Origin: Candidatus Thiodiazotropha sp.
GTDB taxonomy: Bacteria > Pseudomonadota > Gammaproteobacteria > Chromatiales > Chromatiaceae
Assembly (NCBI GenBank): GCA_023838465.1
Contig: JAIVEQ010000022.1
Coordinates: forward strand, 1,428-65,427
DNA: 64,000 nucleotides
Direction of reading: 5' to 3'
Part shown: in pieces, positions 35,064 to 47,500 of the stretch
How positions within the stretch are numbered: the first letter of the stretch is position 1
How the letters are laid out: each line of letters begins with the position of its first letter
Translations under genes and position numbers: made by a program
Notes under the pieces: model-generated
What the model saw: the letters and a program-made list of their open reading frames with translations, nothing else
Told to the model about the DNA's origin: nothing
Database searches by the model: none

Positions 35064-37160
35064 GTGGCACGGAAAACTCCTATCGAGCGCTATCGCAATA
35101 TCGGTATCATGGCGCACATCGATGCTGGTAAGACGACGACAACTGAGCGTGTGCTCTATTATACTGGCGTATCTCACAAAATTGGTGAGGTGCATGACGG
35201 TGCGGCTACCATGGATTGGATGGAGCAGGAGCAAGAGCGGGGTATCACAATCACCTCAGCAGCCACGACTTGTTTCTGGAGCGGTATGGGACAGCAGTTT
35301 CCTGAGCATCGCTTCAACATCATCGATACTCCCGGACATGTAGACTTCACTATTGAGGTGGAGCGTTCATTGCGTGTACTTGACGGCGCCGTTTTCGTGC
35401 TGTGTGCCGTGGGGGGTGTTGAGCCCCAATCCGAGACTGTTTGGCGTCAGGCCAATAAATACAACGTACCCCGTATGGCGTTCGTCAATAAGATGGATCG
35501 TATGGGTGCTGACTTCTTTCGTGTGGTTGGCCACCTGAAAGATCGTCTCGGTGCCAACGCAGTCCCGATTCAAGTGCCGGTTGGTGCTGAAGAGGGTTTT
35601 AAAGGTGTTATCGACCTCATAAAGATGAAATCAATCGTCTGGAGTGAGGAGAATATGGGTGCTCAGTTTGAGTATGCCGATATCCCGGCTGACCTGCAGG
35701 ACACCTGTGACGAATGGCGTGAGCACATGGTTGAGGCTGCGGCAGAAGGCACCGATGAGTTGATGGAAAAATATCTGGAAGAGGGTGATCTTTCGGAAGA
35801 GGAAATCCTTGCGGGCCTACGTGAGCGAACCCTGCGACTTGAAATTGTACCAGTTACCTGTGGGTCGGCCTTTAAGAATAAAGGTGTTCAGGCGGTTCTG
35901 GATAAGATTATTGAAGTGATGCCGTCTCCTGTAGATGTACCGGCTATAACCGGTATTCTGGATGATGCGGACGGGACAGAAGAGGCGCGACCATCTGATG
36001 ACGGTGCGCCGTTCGCTGCTTTAGCGTTCAAAGTCGCAACAGATCCATTTGTCGGTACGTTAACTTTCTTCAGGGCCTATTCGGGGACGCTGAAGTCAGG
36101 TGACTCAGTATATAATCCGGTGAAAGGAAAGAAAGAGCGTATCGGACGTATTCTTCAGATGCACTCCAACTCCCGTGAGGAGATCAAAGAGGTTCTGGCT
36201 GGAGATATTGCAGCTGCGGTGGGTCTTAAGGATGTCACTACTGGTGATACATTGTGTTCATTGGATAAGCCAATAACGCTAGAACGTATGGAGTTCCCTG
36301 AGCCTGTTATCTCCGTAGCTGTTGAGCCTAAGACCAAAACTGACCAGGAGAAAATGGGTATTGCCCTTTCTAAGCTGGCCCAGGAAGATCCTTCATTCCG
36401 AGTTAGTTCTGATGAAGAGTCGGGGCAGACAATTATCTCCGGTATGGGTGAGTTGCATCTCGATATTATCGTCGATCGCATGCGTCGTGAGTTTAATGTT
36501 GAGGCAAATGTGGGTGCACCTCAGGTTGCCTATCGCGAAACCATCCGTAAATCGGTTGAGCAGGAAGGAAAGTTTGTGCGTCAGTCAGGTGGTCGTGGTC
36601 AATTTGGTCATGTCTATCTGCGCATCGAGCCTCAAGTGGCAGGTGAAGGCTACGAGTTTGTGAATGAGATTGTTGGTGGTGCAGTACCCCGTGAATACAT
36701 TCCGGCTGTTGATAAGGGTATCCAAGAGGCGATGGGTAATGGTGTAATTGCTGGATATCCGATGGTGGATGTAAAGGTTACGCTTTACGATGGCTCGTAC
36801 CATGATGTCGATTCCAGTGAAATGGCCTTTAAGATTGCCGGCTCTATGTGTTTTAAACAGGGTTCTGCAAAAGCGAGGCCAGTCTTGCTTGAGCCAATGA
36901 TGAAAGTCGAAGTCATTACGCCTGAAGAGTACATGGGTGACGTGATGGGCGACCTTAACAGTCGACGCGGACTTGTTCAGGGTATGGATGACACACCGGC
37001 AGGAAGACAGATAAAAGCTGAGGTTCCATTGTCCGCGATGTTCGGTTATGCAACCGATCTACGCTCAGCGACTCAGGGCCGAGCAAATTACAGCATGGAA
37101 TTTGCTAAATACGCAGAGGTGCCGGCTAGCATAGCTGACGCCGTAATCAAGAAACAGTAA
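35064..37160 (+). CDS. fusA: Elongation factor G
   Basis: [34 protein letters not shown]. Confidence 0.99.
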   Translation: MARKTPIERYRNIGIMAHIDAGKTTTTERVLYYTGVSHKIGEVHDGAATMDWMEQEQERGITITSAATTCFWSGMGQQFPEHRFNIIDTPGHVDFTIEVERSLRVLDGAVFVLCAVGGVEPQSETVWRQANKYNVPRMAFVNKMDRMGADFFRVVGHLKDRLGANAVPIQVPVGAEEGFKGVIDLIKMKSIVWSEENMGAQFEYADIPADLQDTCDEWREHMVEAAAEGTDELMEKYLEEGDLSEEEILAGLRERTLRLEIVPVTCGSAFKNKGVQAVLDKIIEVMPSPVDVPAITGILDDADGTEEARPSDDGAPFAALAFKVATDPFVGTLTFFRAYSGTLKSGDSVYNPVKGKKERIGRILQMHSNSREEIKEVLAGDIAAAVGLKDVTTGDTLCSLDKPITLERMEFPEPVISVAVEPKTKTDQEKMGIALSKLAQEDPSFRVSSDEESGQTIISGMGELHLDIIVDRMRREFNVEANVGAPQVAYRETIRKSVEQEGKFVRQSGGRGQFGHVYLRIEPQVAGEGYEFVNEIVGGAVPREYIPAVDKGIQEAMGNGVIAGYPMVDVKVTLYDGSYHDVDSSEMAFKIAGSMCFKQGSAKARPVLLEPMMKVEVITPEEYMGDVMGDLNSRRGLVQGMDDTPAGRQIKAEVPLSAMFGYATDLRSATQGRANYSMEFAKYAEVPASIADAVIKKQ

Positions 37161-37180
37161 ACGGGTATAGGGGTAGCACT

Positions 37181-38371
37181 GTGTCCAAGGAAAAATTCGA
37201 ACGCACAAAGCCGCATGTCAATGTGGGCACGATCGGTCATGTAGACCATGGTAAGACCACGCTGACGGCGGCCATTACGACGGTACAAGCAGCCAAGTTT
37301 GGCGGCGAGCAGCGTGCATTTGACCAGATAGATAACGCCCCGGAAGAGCGTGAGCGTGGTATCACCATTGCGACCTCGCACGTGGAATACGAATCAGAGA
37401 CGCGTCACTATGCGCACGTTGACTGCCCAGGCCATGCAGATTATGTGAAGAACATGATCACCGGTGCGGCGCAGATGGACGGAGCGATCTTGGTGGTGTC
37501 AGCAGCAGACGGCCCAATGCCACAGACCCGGGAGCACATACTGCTATCGCGTCAGGTAGGCGTACCGTACATTGTGGTCTACCTGAACAAGGCAGACATG
37601 GTGGACGATGAAGAGCTGCTGGAATTGGTTGAGATGGAAGTGCGAGAGCTGCTGGACAGCTACGAATTTCCAGGAGACGACACCCCGATCATCGTGGGTT
37701 CGGCACTGAAGGCCCTGGAAGGGGATACCTCAGAGATTGGTAGCCAGTCGATCGACAAGCTGGTCGAAGCACTGGACAATTACATCCCAGAGCCGGAGCG
37801 AGCAGTGGATGGTGCCTTTCTGATGCCGATCGAGGACGTATTCTCGATATCGGGACGAGGCACGGTAGTGACAGGGCGTGTTGAGCGCGGTGTAGTGAAG
37901 GTGGGAGAAGAGGTCGAGATAGTCGGCATTAAAGAGACCACCAAGACGACCTGTACCGGCGTGGAGATGTTCCGCAAGCTGCTGGATCAGGGCGAGGCTG
38001 GGGACAATGTGGGGGTGCTGTTGCGAGGCACCAAGCGAGACGAGGTAGAGCGCGGACAAGTATTGGCGCACCCTGGCTCGATCACGCCGCACACCCATTT
38101 TGAGTGTGAAGTGTATGTATTGAGTAAGGACGAGGGTGGACGACACACCCCGTTTTTCAGTAACTACCGGCCACAGTTTTACTTCCGTACGACAGACGTA
38201 ACAGGCGCCTGTGATCTGCCAGAAGGGGTAGAGATGGTCATGCCTGGAGACAACGTGAAGATGGTGGTGAATCTGATCGCGCCGATCGCGATGGAAGACG
38301 GCTTGCGCTTTGCGATACGCGAAGGCGGCCGGACCGTGGGTGCCGGTGTGGTATCCAAGATTATCGAGTAA
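37181..38371 (+). CDS. tuf: Elongation factor Tu (str-operon copy, GTG start)
   Basis: Protein identical to 20602..21792. Confidence 0.99.
   Translation: MSKEKFERTKPHVNVGTIGHVDHGKTTLTAAITTVQAAKFGGEQRAFDQIDNAPEERERGITIATSHVEYESETRHYAHVDCPGHADYVKNMITGAAQMDGAILVVSAADGPMPQTREHILLSRQVGVPYIVVYLNKADMVDDEELLELVEMEVRELLDSYEFPGDDTPIIVGSALKALEGDTSEIGSQSIDKLVEALDNYIPEPERAVDGAFLMPIEDVFSISGRGTVVTGRVERGVVKVGEEVEIVGIKETTKTTCTGVEMFRKLLDQGEAGDNVGVLLRGTKRDEVERGQVLAHPGSITPHTHFECEVYVLSKDEGGRHTPFFSNYRPQFYFRTTDVTGACDLPEGVEMVMPGDNVKMVVNLIAPIAMEDGLRFAIREGGRTVGAGVVSKIIE
37182..38371 (+). repeat. 1.19-kb direct repeat of 20603..21792 (tuf duplication)
   Basis: Reading the two copies side by side I found no difference except the first base of the start codon (ATG vs GTG). 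Confidence 0.9.
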
Positions 38372-38377
38372 GAGATA

Positions 38378-38689
38378 ATGGCTAACCAGAGAATACGAAT
38401 TCGTCTGAAAGCATTTGATCATCGACTGATTGATCAATCTGCCCGTGAAATAGTGGAGACTGCTAAGCGCACTGGTGCGCATGTGCGTGGCCCTATTCCA
38501 CTGCCGACAAAAAACGAGCGATATACCATTTTGATTTCACCGCATGTCAATAAAGATGCCCGTGATCAATATGAGATTCGCACCCACAAACGGTTGCTCG
38601 ATATTGTTGAGCCAACTGATAAAACTGTGGATGCATTGATGAAGCTCGATTTGGCTGCCGGCGTTGATGTGCAGATCAAACTGAACTGA
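38378..38689 (+). CDS. rpsJ: 30S ribosomal protein S10
   Basis: [21 protein letters not shown]. Confidence 0.99.
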   Translation: MANQRIRIRLKAFDHRLIDQSAREIVETAKRTGAHVRGPIPLPTKNERYTILISPHVNKDARDQYEIRTHKRLLDIVEPTDKTVDALMKLDLAAGVDVQIKLN

Positions 38690-38700
38690 GGTTAAGAACG

Positions 38701-39351
38701 ATGGCGATTGGAGTAGTCGGCCGGAAGGCAGGAATGACCCGAGTATTTACCGAACAGGGTGAGTCAATACCTGTCACGGTAATCGAGGTTGAACCCAACC
38801 GTATCACTCAATTGAAGAGTGAAGATGCGGACGGATATTTGGCTGTTCAGGTAACCACCGGATCTCGTAAGACCTCACGTGTGAATAAGCCTGCTTCTGG
38901 ACACTTTGCGAAAGCGGGAGTGGAAGCCGGTCGTAATGTCTGGGAGTTTCGCACTCAGCAAACTGATATGGAAGGTATGGAAGTGGGTAGCGAAATTAAA
39001 GCTGACCATTTTGAGCCTGGACAGATCGTAGATGTGCGTGGCCGCTCCCAGGGTAAGGGTTTTCAGGGTGGCGTAAAACGTCATAACTTTCGGATGCAGG
39101 ACGCGACCCATGGTAACTCGCTGTCTCATCGCGCGCCTGGTTCAATCGGGCAGTGCCAGACTCCGGGGCGCGTGTTTAAGGGCAAGAAAATGGCTGGCCA
39201 TATGGGTGCAGTGCAGCGTTGTCAGCAGAACCTAGAGGTTGTACGTGTAGATGCAGAACGCAATCTGTTGTTGGTCAGGGGTTCTGTGCCTGGTTCCAGA
39301 GGTGGTGATGTTATCGTCACTCCCGCTGTGAAGATGAAGAATAAAGGGTGA
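38701..39351 (+). CDS. rplC: 50S ribosomal protein L3
   Basis: [38 protein letters not shown]. Confidence 0.99.
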   Translation: MAIGVVGRKAGMTRVFTEQGESIPVTVIEVEPNRITQLKSEDADGYLAVQVTTGSRKTSRVNKPASGHFAKAGVEAGRNVWEFRTQQTDMEGMEVGSEIKADHFEPGQIVDVRGRSQGKGFQGGVKRHNFRMQDATHGNSLSHRAPGSIGQCQTPGRVFKGKKMAGHMGAVQRCQQNLEVVRVDAERNLLLVRGSVPGSRGGDVIVTPAVKMKNKG

Positions 39352-39356
39352 CAGTA

Positions 39357-39968
39357 ATGGATCTCAATGTACAAACAGCCGTTGGCGCTCAAACACTGGA
39401 GGTTTCAGATGAGATCTTTGGTGCAGAGTTTAAAGAGTCACTGGTCCATCAGGTGGTTTCTGCTTACATGGCAAGTGCTCGTGCCGGCACTAAGGCACAA
39501 AAAAACCGTGCAGCAGTAAGAGGTGGTGGCGCTAAACCTTTTCGTCAGAAGGGTACTGGACGAGCTCGTGCAGGTACCAGTCGAAGCCCTATTTGGCGAA
39601 GTGGTGGTGTGAATTTTGCTGCTAGCCCTCGCAGCTATGCACAAAAGGTTAATCGCAAGATGTACCGTGGTGCAATCCGTTCAATTCTTTCTGAGCTGAA
39701 CCGCCAGGACAGGCTTGTTATCGTCGATGAGATAAGTGTATCTCAACCGAAAACCAAGGAGTTGGTCGATAAGCTGAAAGGTATGGATTTGAGTGATGTG
39801 TTAGTGGTCTCACTCAACCCGGACGAGAATCTCTATCTGGCTTCTCGCAATCTTTATGGTGTTGATGTGCGAGATGTTGATGAGATTGATCCGGTTAGTC
39901 TGGTAGCTTATGAGAAAGTGCTGGTTACCGAGGGTGCAGTGAAGAAACTTGAGGAGCGGCTGGCATGA
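39357..39968 (+). CDS. rplD: 50S ribosomal protein L4
   Basis: [14 protein letters not shown]; start ATG 39357 (alternative GTG 39348). Confidence 0.98.
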   Translation: MDLNVQTAVGAQTLEVSDEIFGAEFKESLVHQVVSAYMASARAGTKAQKNRAAVRGGGAKPFRQKGTGRARAGTSRSPIWRSGGVNFAASPRSYAQKVNRKMYRGAIRSILSELNRQDRLVIVDEISVSQPKTKELVDKLKGMDLSDVLVVSLNPDENLYLASRNLYGVDVRDVDEIDPVSLVAYEKVLVTEGAVKKLEERLA

Positions 39969-40261
39969 ACAATGAGCGTCTCATGAAGGTTCTTCTGAGT
40001 CCGGTAGTATCAGAGAAGAGCAGCATAATAGCTGATGCTAATCGGCAGTACACTTTTCGCGTTACTACTGATGCAACTAAGCGAGAAATTGCCAAGGCAG
40101 TTGAGAAGCTGTTTGAGGTAGAAGTCGAGCAAGTGCAGGTAGTGAATTGCAAAGGTAAGCAAAAGCGCTTTGGTCAAGTAAACGGAAAGCGTTCTGACTG
40201 GAAAAAAGCATATGTTCGTCTCAAGCCGGGTAGCGATATCGATTTCGCAGCCGGTGCGTGA
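39965..40261 (+). CDS. rplW: 50S ribosomal protein L23
   Basis: [15 protein letters not shown]. Confidence 0.98.
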   Translation: MNNERLMKVLLSPVVSEKSSIIADANRQYTFRVTTDATKREIAKAVEKLFEVEVEQVQVVNCKGKQKRFGQVNGKRSDWKKAYVRLKPGSDIDFAAGA

Positions 40262-40284
40262 GCAAGTAAAACAGGATTGGGATA

Positions 40285-41112
40285 ATGGCAGTCGTTAAAA
40301 CAAAACCGACCTCTGCAGGCCGCAGGTTTGTGGTTAAGGTTGTCAATGATGAGCTCCATAAGGGTGAACCTTTTGGGCCGCTATTGGCAAAGAAGAGTAA
40401 GAGTGGCGGTCGTAACAACAACGGTCGAATAACTACTCGTCATCGTGGTGGTGGTCACAAGCAGCGTTACCGCATTATCGATTTTAAGCGTAATAAAGAG
40501 GCAATACCGGCAACTGTAGAACGTCTGGAGTATGATCCAAACCGTACAGCACGTATTGCATTGATCCGCTATGCAGATGGTGAACGCGTTTATATCATTG
40601 CACCAAACAACCTGCATGTAGGTGACAAGATTGAGTCAGGTTCTGGCGCGCCGATCAAGACAGGTAACTGCTTACCATTAAGAAATATTCCACTGGGTTC
40701 AGTGATGCATTGCATCGAAATGAAGCCTGGAAAAGGTGCGCAGCTCGCTCGCTCTGCTGGGGCATCAGTTCAGTTGGTCGCTCGCGAAGGTGAATATGCT
40801 ACCTTGCGTTTGCGCTCAGGAGAAATGCGTAAAGTACCTGCTGATTGTCGTGCTGTAATCGGTGAAGTATCCAACTCTGAGCATACGCTTCGTTCACTCG
40901 GAAAAGCCGGGGCGAAACGCTGGAAGGGTGTACGTCCGACAGTACGTGGTGTCGCCATGAATCCGGTTGATCATCCGCACGGAGGTGGCGAAGGTCGTAC
41001 CTCAGGCGGGCGTCATCCCGTATCGCCATGGGGCACGCCAACCAAAGGGTATAAAACCCGCACCAACAAACGTACGAATAAGATGATCGTGCGCCGTAGA
41101 AACCGTAAATAA
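40285..41112 (+). CDS. rplB: 50S ribosomal protein L2
   Basis: [28 protein letters not shown]. Confidence 0.99.
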   Translation: MAVVKTKPTSAGRRFVVKVVNDELHKGEPFGPLLAKKSKSGGRNNNGRITTRHRGGGHKQRYRIIDFKRNKEAIPATVERLEYDPNRTARIALIRYADGERVYIIAPNNLHVGDKIESGSGAPIKTGNCLPLRNIPLGSVMHCIEMKPGKGAQLARSAGASVQLVAREGEYATLRLRSGEMRKVPADCRAVIGEVSNSEHTLRSLGKAGAKRWKGVRPTVRGVAMNPVDHPHGGGEGRTSGGRHPVSPWGTPTKGYKTRTNKRTNKMIVRRRNRK

Positions 41113-41131
41113 TTGATTAGGGGTTAGAGTC

Positions 41132-41404
41132 GTGCCACGTTCAATCAGAAAAGGCCCATTCATAGACCACCATCTGACAAAGAAGGTGGATGAGGCAGTA
41201 GCCCAGAACAATAAGCGTCCTATCAAGACCTGGTCACGGAGATCAGTCGTGATCCCGGAAATGGTGGGATTGACCATTGCTGTTCACAACGGTAAACAGC
41301 ATGTACCTGTACTGGTATCAGAAAATATGGTCGGACATAAATTGGGTGAGTTTGCGCTGACCCGTACCTATCGCGGTCATTCCGCAGATAGGAAGGCCAA
41401 GTAG
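41132..41404 (+). CDS. rpsS: 30S ribosomal protein S19
   Basis: [20 protein letters not shown]. Confidence 0.99.
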   Translation: MPRSIRKGPFIDHHLTKKVDEAVAQNNKRPIKTWSRRSVVIPEMVGLTIAVHNGKQHVPVLVSENMVGHKLGEFALTRTYRGHSADRKAK

Positions 41405-41415
41405 AGGATATGACG

Positions 41416-41748
41416 ATGCAGACAACAGCAAAATTGCGTCATGCCCGCATCTCTGCTCAAAAAGGACGCTTGGTCGCTGATCAGATTCGCGGTCTTCCTG
41501 TTGAGCAGGCCCTCGATATCCTGACATTCAGTAAGAAGAAGGGAGCGGAGCTGGTAAAAAAAGTTCTTGAATCGGCGATCGCCAATGCAGAACACAATGA
41601 CGGTGCCGATATTGATGAATTGAAGGTTTCGGCCGTCAGTGTTGATGACGGTCCGACTATGAAACGTATCCGTGCTCGCGCCAAGGGGCGTGCATCCAGG
41701 ATTCTCAAGCGCACCAGTCACATTAACGTGACTGTCGCGGAAAAGTAA
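41416..41748 (+). CDS. rplV: 50S ribosomal protein L22
   Basis: [28 protein letters not shown]; start 41416 or 41410. Confidence 0.98.
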   Translation: MQTTAKLRHARISAQKGRLVADQIRGLPVEQALDILTFSKKKGAELVKKVLESAIANAEHNDGADIDELKVSAVSVDDGPTMKRIRARAKGRASRILKRTSHINVTVAEK

Positions 41749-41766
41749 CAGGCAAGAGAGGCCGAA

Positions 41767-42450
41767 ATGGGTCAGAAAGTACATCCAACTGGGATACGTC
41801 TTGGCATCGTCAAAGATTGGACGTCCAAGTGGTATGCAGATTCCAAGCACTATGCAGATCTGTTGAATAATGATCTCGAAGTCCGGGACTTCTTGAAAAA
41901 GAAACTGTCACAGGCTTCAGTCAGTCGAATTCAAATCGATCGTCCGGCCAACAATGCCCATATTACCGTCCACACGGCACGTCCGGGATTGGTAATTGGT
42001 AAAAAAGGTGAGGATATCGATGCCTTGAGGGCTGAGGTCTCCGGCATGATGGGTATCCCTGTTCATATGAGCATTGAGGAAATCCGTAAGCCAGAACTGG
42101 ATGCACAATTGGTTGGCGAGAGTATTGCTCAACAGTTGGAGCGTCGAGTGATGTTCCGACGTGCTATGAAGCGAGCAGTTCAAAATGCAATGCGCCTGGG
42201 TGCCGAAGGTATCAAAGTTCATATCAGCGGGCGCCTAAATGGCGCTGAGATTGCACGTTCTGAATGGTATCGTGAAGGCCGCGTTCCACTACATACACTG
42301 CGAGCAGACATTGACTATGGCTTCGCTGAAGCAAATACCACCTACGGTATTATCGGCGTCAAAGTATGGGTCTTCAAAGGTGAAGTCTACGGTGACCGTG
42401 AGGAAGTAGAAGTGGAAACTAAGACAGCCTCACCGAGTAAGAGGTCGTAA
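41767..42450 (+). CDS. rpsC: 30S ribosomal protein S3
   Basis: [27 protein letters not shown]. Confidence 0.99.
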   Translation: MGQKVHPTGIRLGIVKDWTSKWYADSKHYADLLNNDLEVRDFLKKKLSQASVSRIQIDRPANNAHITVHTARPGLVIGKKGEDIDALRAEVSGMMGIPVHMSIEEIRKPELDAQLVGESIAQQLERRVMFRRAMKRAVQNAMRLGAEGIKVHISGRLNGAEIARSEWYREGRVPLHTLRADIDYGFAEANTTYGIIGVKVWVFKGEVYGDREEVEVETKTASPSKRS

Positions 42451-42453
42451 GTC

Positions 42454-42867
42454 ATGTTGCAACCAAAACGGACAAAATTTCGAAAACAGCACAAAGGACG
42501 CAATCGCGGTTTGGCAATAACGGGTAGCGATGTCTCCTTTGGTGAGTACGGCTTGAAATCAACGGGCAGGGGTCGCCTCACAGCGAGACAGATCGAGTCA
42601 GCGCGTCGTGCCATAACTCGACACGTAAAACGCGGCGGTAAAATCTGGATTCGTGTCTTTCCAGACAAGCCAATCACTAAAAAGCCTTTGGAAGTACGTC
42701 AAGGTAAAGGTAAGGGTAATGTTGAATACTGGGTAGCTCAGATTCAACCAGGCCGAATGCTTTATGAGATAGAAGGTATCTCAGAAGAGTTGGCTAGAGA
42801 GGCATTTGCACTCGCTTCTGCCAAGCTGCCTGTTTCGACTGCATTCGTGAAGCGGACGGTAATGTAA
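42454..42867 (+). CDS. rplP: 50S ribosomal protein L16
   Basis: [18 protein letters not shown]. Confidence 0.99.
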   Translation: MLQPKRTKFRKQHKGRNRGLAITGSDVSFGEYGLKSTGRGRLTARQIESARRAITRHVKRGGKIWIRVFPDKPITKKPLEVRQGKGKGNVEYWVAQIQPGRMLYEIEGISEELAREAFALASAKLPVSTAFVKRTVM

Positions 42868-43067
42868 TGAAAGCATCTGAACTAAGAGCGAAATCGCAAC
42901 AAGAACTAACTACCGCACTCGACGAACTTTTAAAAGAGCAGTTTAATCTGCGCATGCAACGTGGTACTGGACAATTGGCCAAGCCTTCTCGCATGAATGA
43001 AGTTCGCAAAGATATTGCACGAGTTAAGACTCTTATGAACGAACAGAAGTCGGGTAATGCATCATGA
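42867..43067 (+). CDS. rpmC: 50S ribosomal protein L29
   Basis: [18 protein letters not shown]. Confidence 0.98.
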   Translation: MKASELRAKSQQELTTALDELLKEQFNLRMQRGTGQLAKPSRMNEVRKDIARVKTLMNEQKSGNAS

Positions 43068-43324
43068 GTGAGCAACAGACAACTAACCGAACGCTGGTTG
43101 GGCAGGTCGTAAGTAGCGCAATGGATAAATCCATCACTGTAACTGTTGAACGTCTCGTAAAACATCCGGTATACGGTAAGTTTATGCGTCGCTCTACTAA
43201 AGTACATGCGCATGATGAGACAAATGAATGTCAGAAAGGAGATAAGGTGATGGTGGAACAGTGCCGTCCCCTGTCGAAAACCAAAACATGGCGTTTGGTT
43301 AAAGTACTGGAGCGTGCTAGCTGA
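43064..43324 (+). CDS. rpsQ: 30S ribosomal protein S17
   Basis: MDKSITV, HPVYGK, RPLSKTK.W. Confidence 0.98.
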   Translation: MSEQQTTNRTLVGQVVSSAMDKSITVTVERLVKHPVYGKFMRRSTKVHAHDETNECQKGDKVMVEQCRPLSKTKTWRLVKVLERAS

Positions 43325-43377
43325 GTAATATGCTCAGTATGCGTCCATTCGAAACTATTTGGAATTAGGGCAATACC

Positions 43378-43746
43378 ATGATTCAGATGCAGACCAACCT
43401 CAGTGTTGCTGATAACAGTGGCGCTAAGCGGGTTCAGTGCATAAAGGTGCTAGGTGGTTCACATCGTCGTTATGCCGGGATCGGAGACGTTGTGAAGGTC
43501 AGTGTCAAAGATGCAATACCTCGAGGCAAAGTGAAGAAAGGCGATGTCTACAATGCAGTTGTTGTACGTACCACCAAGGGTGTACGTCGGCCAGACGGCT
43601 CGGTGATTCGTTTCGATACCAATGCAGCGGTGCTTTTGAATAATGCGCTGCAGCCTATCGGCACTCGCATATTTGGCCCCGTTACCCGTGAATTAAGGAG
43701 TGAGCGATTCATGAAAATCATATCGCTTGCTCCAGAAGTTTTATGA
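43378..43746 (+). CDS. rplN: 50S ribosomal protein L14
   Basis: [20 protein letters not shown]. Confidence 0.99.
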   Translation: MIQMQTNLSVADNSGAKRVQCIKVLGGSHRRYAGIGDVVKVSVKDAIPRGKVKKGDVYNAVVVRTTKGVRRPDGSVIRFDTNAAVLLNNALQPIGTRIFGPVTRELRSERFMKIISLAPEVL

Positions 43747-43756
43747 GGCAGCATTA

Positions 43757-44077
43757 ATGGCTAACAAGATTAAAAAAGGTGACGAAGTCATCGTTATTGC
43801 CGGTAAGGATAAAGGTAAACGCGGCACTGTAGTCAAAATGCTACAGGAAGACCGACTGGTAGTTGAAAACGTCAATATGGCGAAAAAACATACCAAACCA
43901 AATCCGAATAAAGGCGAACCAGGCGGAATCCTTGATAAGGAGATGCCACTGCACATCTCAAACGTCGCTCTATACAACCCGGAAACCGGCAAGGGCGATC
44001 GTGTTGGATTTAAAATTCTAGAAGACGGCAAAAAGGTTCGGATATTTAAATCGAATCAAGAAGTCGTCGATATTTAA
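43757..44077 (+). CDS. rplX: 50S ribosomal protein L24
   Basis: [25 protein letters not shown]. Confidence 0.98.
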   Translation: MANKIKKGDEVIVIAGKDKGKRGTVVKMLQEDRLVVENVNMAKKHTKPNPNKGEPGGILDKEMPLHISNVALYNPETGKGDRVGFKILEDGKKVRIFKSNQEVVDI

Positions 44078-44090
44078 GGCGTGATCAGAC

Positions 44091-44630
44091 ATGGTAAGGT
44101 TACAGCAACATTATAAAGAAACTGTGGTCCAGGAACTGATGGGCAAGTTTCAGTTCAGCAGCATAATGCAGGTGCCTAAGATTACCAAGGTTACCCTGAA
44201 TATGGGTGTTGGTGAGGCGATTGGCGACAAGAAAATCCTGGAGCATGCAGTAGGCGACATGGAGAAGATTGCAGGTCAAAAAGCAATCATTACATATGCT
44301 CGAAAATCGATTGCGGGATTTAAAGTCCGTGAAGGATGGCCGATCGGTTGTAAGGTTACCTTGCGCCGCGAGCGGATGTATGAGTTTCTTGACCGCCTTA
44401 TTAATGTCGCGATTCCGCGTATCCGAGATTTTCGAGGACTGAATGGTAAAGCCTTTGATGGCCGTGGCAACTACTCCATGGGTGTTAAAGAACAGATCAT
44501 GTTTCCAGAGATTGATTACGACAAGATCGATGTGCTGCGTGGATTGGATATAACCATTACCACTACAGCACGTACCGATGAAGAGGGTCGTGCATTACTG
44601 GAAGCCTTCAAATTCCCTTTTAAGAACTGA
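44091..44630 (+). CDS. rplE: 50S ribosomal protein L5
   Basis: [29 protein letters not shown]. Confidence 0.99.
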   Translation: MVRLQQHYKETVVQELMGKFQFSSIMQVPKITKVTLNMGVGEAIGDKKILEHAVGDMEKIAGQKAIITYARKSIAGFKVREGWPIGCKVTLRRERMYEFLDRLINVAIPRIRDFRGLNGKAFDGRGNYSMGVKEQIMFPEIDYDKIDVLRGLDITITTTARTDEEGRALLEAFKFPFKN

Positions 44631-44639
44631 GTTTTAAAT

Positions 44640-44945
44640 ATGGCAAAGAAGAGCATGATTGCACGCGAATTCAAACGTGCGCAGACAGCTTCACGCTACG
44701 CTTCCAAGCGTAATGCACTGAAGGCTGTAATTAAAAACCCTAACAGTGGTTTTGAAGAAATTGAGCAAGCAACTCTGAAATTACAGAAAATGCCCAGGGA
44801 TGCAAGTCCGTCTCGAAAGCGAAATCGCTGTCGAGTGACCGGACGGCCTCATGGTGTGTACCGTAAATTTGGGCTCTGTAGAAATAAATTGCGTGAAGCG
44901 GCAATGCGTGGAGATATACCAGGACTTGCTAAAGCAAGCTGGTAA
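44640..44945 (+). CDS. rpsN: 30S ribosomal protein S14 (long, non-zinc type)
   Basis: [21 protein letters not shown]; 101 aa. Confidence 0.99.
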   Translation: MAKKSMIAREFKRAQTASRYASKRNALKAVIKNPNSGFEEIEQATLKLQKMPRDASPSRKRNRCRVTGRPHGVYRKFGLCRNKLREAAMRGDIPGLAKASW

Positions 44946-45045
44946 GAGTATTATTCTGCGCCTTTATCCGGGGCAGGTTCTGGTCCGGTTGTTTTACTTT
45001 TTGGGTATCGCGCCATAAAGGCGGACTGACCTCAGGAGCTCAAAT

Positions 45046-45441
45046 ATGAGTATGTCAGATCCCATCGCGGATATGCTTACGCGCATCCGCAATGGCCAGG
45101 CAGCTAAAAAAGCGACTGTCGAACTGCCTTCCTCTAAGCAAAAGCTGGCAATCGCTAATCTTCTGAAAAATGAAGGTTTTCTTAAGGAAGTCTCTGTAAA
45201 TAGCGAATCCACTAAGCCTATCCTTATGTTAGAGCTGAGCTATTTTCAAGGTCGTCCTGTCATCGATATCATCAAGCGTGTTAGTCGTCCTGGTCTTCGT
45301 GTCTACAAAGGTAGAGACGAACTTCCTAAAGTACGCGGTGGTCTTGGTGTGGCGATTATATCCACTTCTAAAGGTGTGATGACTGACCGAGCTGCCCGAG
45401 AGATCGGACAGGGCGGAGAAGTTGTCGCCTTTGTCGCTTAA
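45046..45441 (+). CDS. rpsH: 30S ribosomal protein S8
   Basis: [27 protein letters not shown]. Confidence 0.99.
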   Translation: MSMSDPIADMLTRIRNGQAAKKATVELPSSKQKLAIANLLKNEGFLKEVSVNSESTKPILMLELSYFQGRPVIDIIKRVSRPGLRVYKGRDELPKVRGGLGVAIISTSKGVMTDRAAREIGQGGEVVAFVA

Positions 45442-45453
45442 GAGGTTGATGAT

Positions 45454-45987
45454 ATGTCACGCATAGCTAAGAGTCCTATATCGATACCGTCTGGCGTTAC
45501 TGTAAAAAGAGCTGACCGGTCGCTGAGTGTCAAGGGGCCTAAGGGTGAAGTTGCAATGAACATGCACCCAATGGTCGATGTTGCAGAGGAAGACAATTCT
45601 CTGAACATATCGCCTAAAACTGAGAGTAAATCCGCATGGGCCATGGCAGGCACAATGCGTGCCCTGGTCAATAACATGGTTACTGGTGTCAGCCAGGGAT
45701 TTGAAAAGAAACTACAGTTGGTTGGTGTTGGTTATCGTGCTCAGGCAGGCGGTAAATCACTTAATCTCAATCTTGGTTTCTCGCACCCAATTGATTACCC
45801 AGTGCCTGAAGGTATCAGCATAGCAACACCTTCGGCAACTGAGATAATTGTCAGTGGAAGCGACAAGCAGCGAGTTGGTCAGGTGGCTGCTGAGATACGA
45901 GCCTATCGTCCTCCTGAGCCTTACAAGGGTAAGGGTGTGCGCTATTCTGATGAGCACGTTGTGCGTAAAGAAGCCAAGAAGAAATAG
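45454..45987 (+). CDS. rplF: 50S ribosomal protein L6
   Basis: [19 protein letters not shown]. Confidence 0.99.
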   Translation: MSRIAKSPISIPSGVTVKRADRSLSVKGPKGEVAMNMHPMVDVAEEDNSLNISPKTESKSAWAMAGTMRALVNNMVTGVSQGFEKKLQLVGVGYRAQAGGKSLNLNLGFSHPIDYPVPEGISIATPSATEIIVSGSDKQRVGQVAAEIRAYRPPEPYKGKGVRYSDEHVVRKEAKKK

Positions 45988-45996
45988 GGTATAACG

Positions 45997-46353
45997 ATGG
46001 AAAAGAAAATATCACGTATACGTCGTGGACGCCGTACACGAGCCAAGATTCAAGAGCTCGGTGCTTATCGCCTGTCTATTCATCGTACACCCCGCCATAT
46101 TTACGCCCAGGTGATTAGTCCTGATGGCGCAAATGTTTTAGCGAGTGCCTCTACGCTTGATAAAACCATTCGTAGTGAAATCACTGGTGCCAGTGGGAAT
46201 GTAAGCGCTGCAACTGTAGTAGGTAAGTACATTGCAGAGAGAGCTAAATCCGCTGGTGTTGATAATGTTGCCTTTGATCGTTCAGGTTTTAGATACCACG
46301 GTCGTGTTAAGGCGCTTGCTGATGCGGCCCGTGAAGCCGGTCTCCAATTTTAA
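45997..46353 (+). CDS. rplR: 50S ribosomal protein L18
   Basis: [24 protein letters not shown]. Confidence 0.99.
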   Translation: MEKKISRIRRGRRTRAKIQELGAYRLSIHRTPRHIYAQVISPDGANVLASASTLDKTIRSEITGASGNVSAATVVGKYIAERAKSAGVDNVAFDRSGFRYHGRVKALADAAREAGLQF

Positions 46354-46365
46354 AGGTTCAGGATT

Positions 46366-46872
46366 ATGGCAAATTTTAATACGAAGCCTGAGGGTGACGA
46401 GCTGCTTGAAAAGCTAGTCAACGTAAACCGGGTAGCAAAAGTAGTAAAAGGTGGCCGCCAATTCGGTTTTTCTGCCTTAACTGTCGTTGGTGATGGCAAG
46501 GGTCGTGTTGGCTTTGGAACTGGTAAAGCACGCGAAGTACCCGTTGCTATTCAGAAGGCGATGGAGACGGCGCGTAAGAACATGGTGTCAATCAGACTTA
46601 ATGGTTCTACATTGCAGTATCCTGTAATGGGTAGACATGGTGCAGCCAGAGTTCACATGCAGCCTGCTTCAGACGGTACCGGTATCATTGCCGGTGGTGC
46701 GATGCGAGCTGTGTTTGAGGTTCTTGGGGTACAGAATGTTTTAGCCAAGTGTATCGGGACAAACAATCCCATGAACGTTGTTCGGGCTACTATTAATGGG
46801 CTGAATGATATGACAGATGCTGAATCCGTCGCACTCAAGCGCGGTAAGAGTGTCGAAGATATCCTGGGGTAA
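46366..46872 (+). CDS. rpsE: 30S ribosomal protein S5
   Basis: [23 protein letters not shown]. Confidence 0.99.
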   Translation: MANFNTKPEGDELLEKLVNVNRVAKVVKGGRQFGFSALTVVGDGKGRVGFGTGKAREVPVAIQKAMETARKNMVSIRLNGSTLQYPVMGRHGAARVHMQPASDGTGIIAGGAMRAVFEVLGVQNVLAKCIGTNNPMNVVRATINGLNDMTDAESVALKRGKSVEDILG

Positions 46873-46875
46873 GTC

Positions 46876-47064
46876 ATGGCAGAAAAGAAAACAATGCAGG
46901 TGACTCTGATGCGCAGCACAAGTGGCCGCCTAGCAAGCCATAAAGCATGTGTTACTGGGTTAGGGCTGCGACGCATGCACCAGATTGTCGAGGTAGAGGA
47001 TACTCCTGCTACTCGAGGTATGGTGAATAAAGTTAATTATATGGTTAAGGTTGTGGAGGCTTAA
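46876..47064 (+). CDS. rpmD: 50S ribosomal protein L30
   Basis: [19 protein letters not shown]. Confidence 0.97.
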   Translation: MAEKKTMQVTLMRSTSGRLASHKACVTGLGLRRMHQIVEVEDTPATRGMVNKVNYMVKVVEA

Positions 47065-47065
47065 A

Positions 47066-47497
47066 ATGCGCTTAAATACACTACAGCCAGCTCCAGGTAG
47101 TAAACCAGCTCGAAAACGTGTCGGCCGCGGTATCGGTAGTGGTCTCGGAAAAACCTGTGGGCGTGGTCACAAGGGGCAGAAATCCCGTTCCGGCGGTTTT
47201 CACAAGGTTGGTTTTGAAGGTGGCCAGATGCCCCTCCAGAGAAGACTGCCAAAGATCGGTTTTACCTCACGCATCTCCATGTCAACCGCGCAAGTACGAC
47301 TTGGTGAGTTGGCTAAAGTGGTAGGTGACGTCATCGATCTTGAAACCTTACAAAAAGCAAATGTCATCACACGCTCAATCAAGAAAGTGAAAATATTTGC
47401 ATCTGGTGCAATCGATCGCGCAGTTACTATAAAGGGACTGGGTGTTTCAAAGGGTGCGAAAGCTGCAATCGAAGCAGCTGGCGGTAAGGTCGAATAA
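47066..47497 (+). CDS. rplO: 50S ribosomal protein L15
   Basis: [32 protein letters not shown]. Confidence 0.99.
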   Translation: MRLNTLQPAPGSKPARKRVGRGIGSGLGKTCGRGHKGQKSRSGGFHKVGFEGGQMPLQRRLPKIGFTSRISMSTAQVRLGELAKVVGDVIDLETLQKANVITRSIKKVKIFASGAIDRAVTIKGLGVSKGAKAAIEAAGGKVE

Positions 47498-47500
47498 GTT

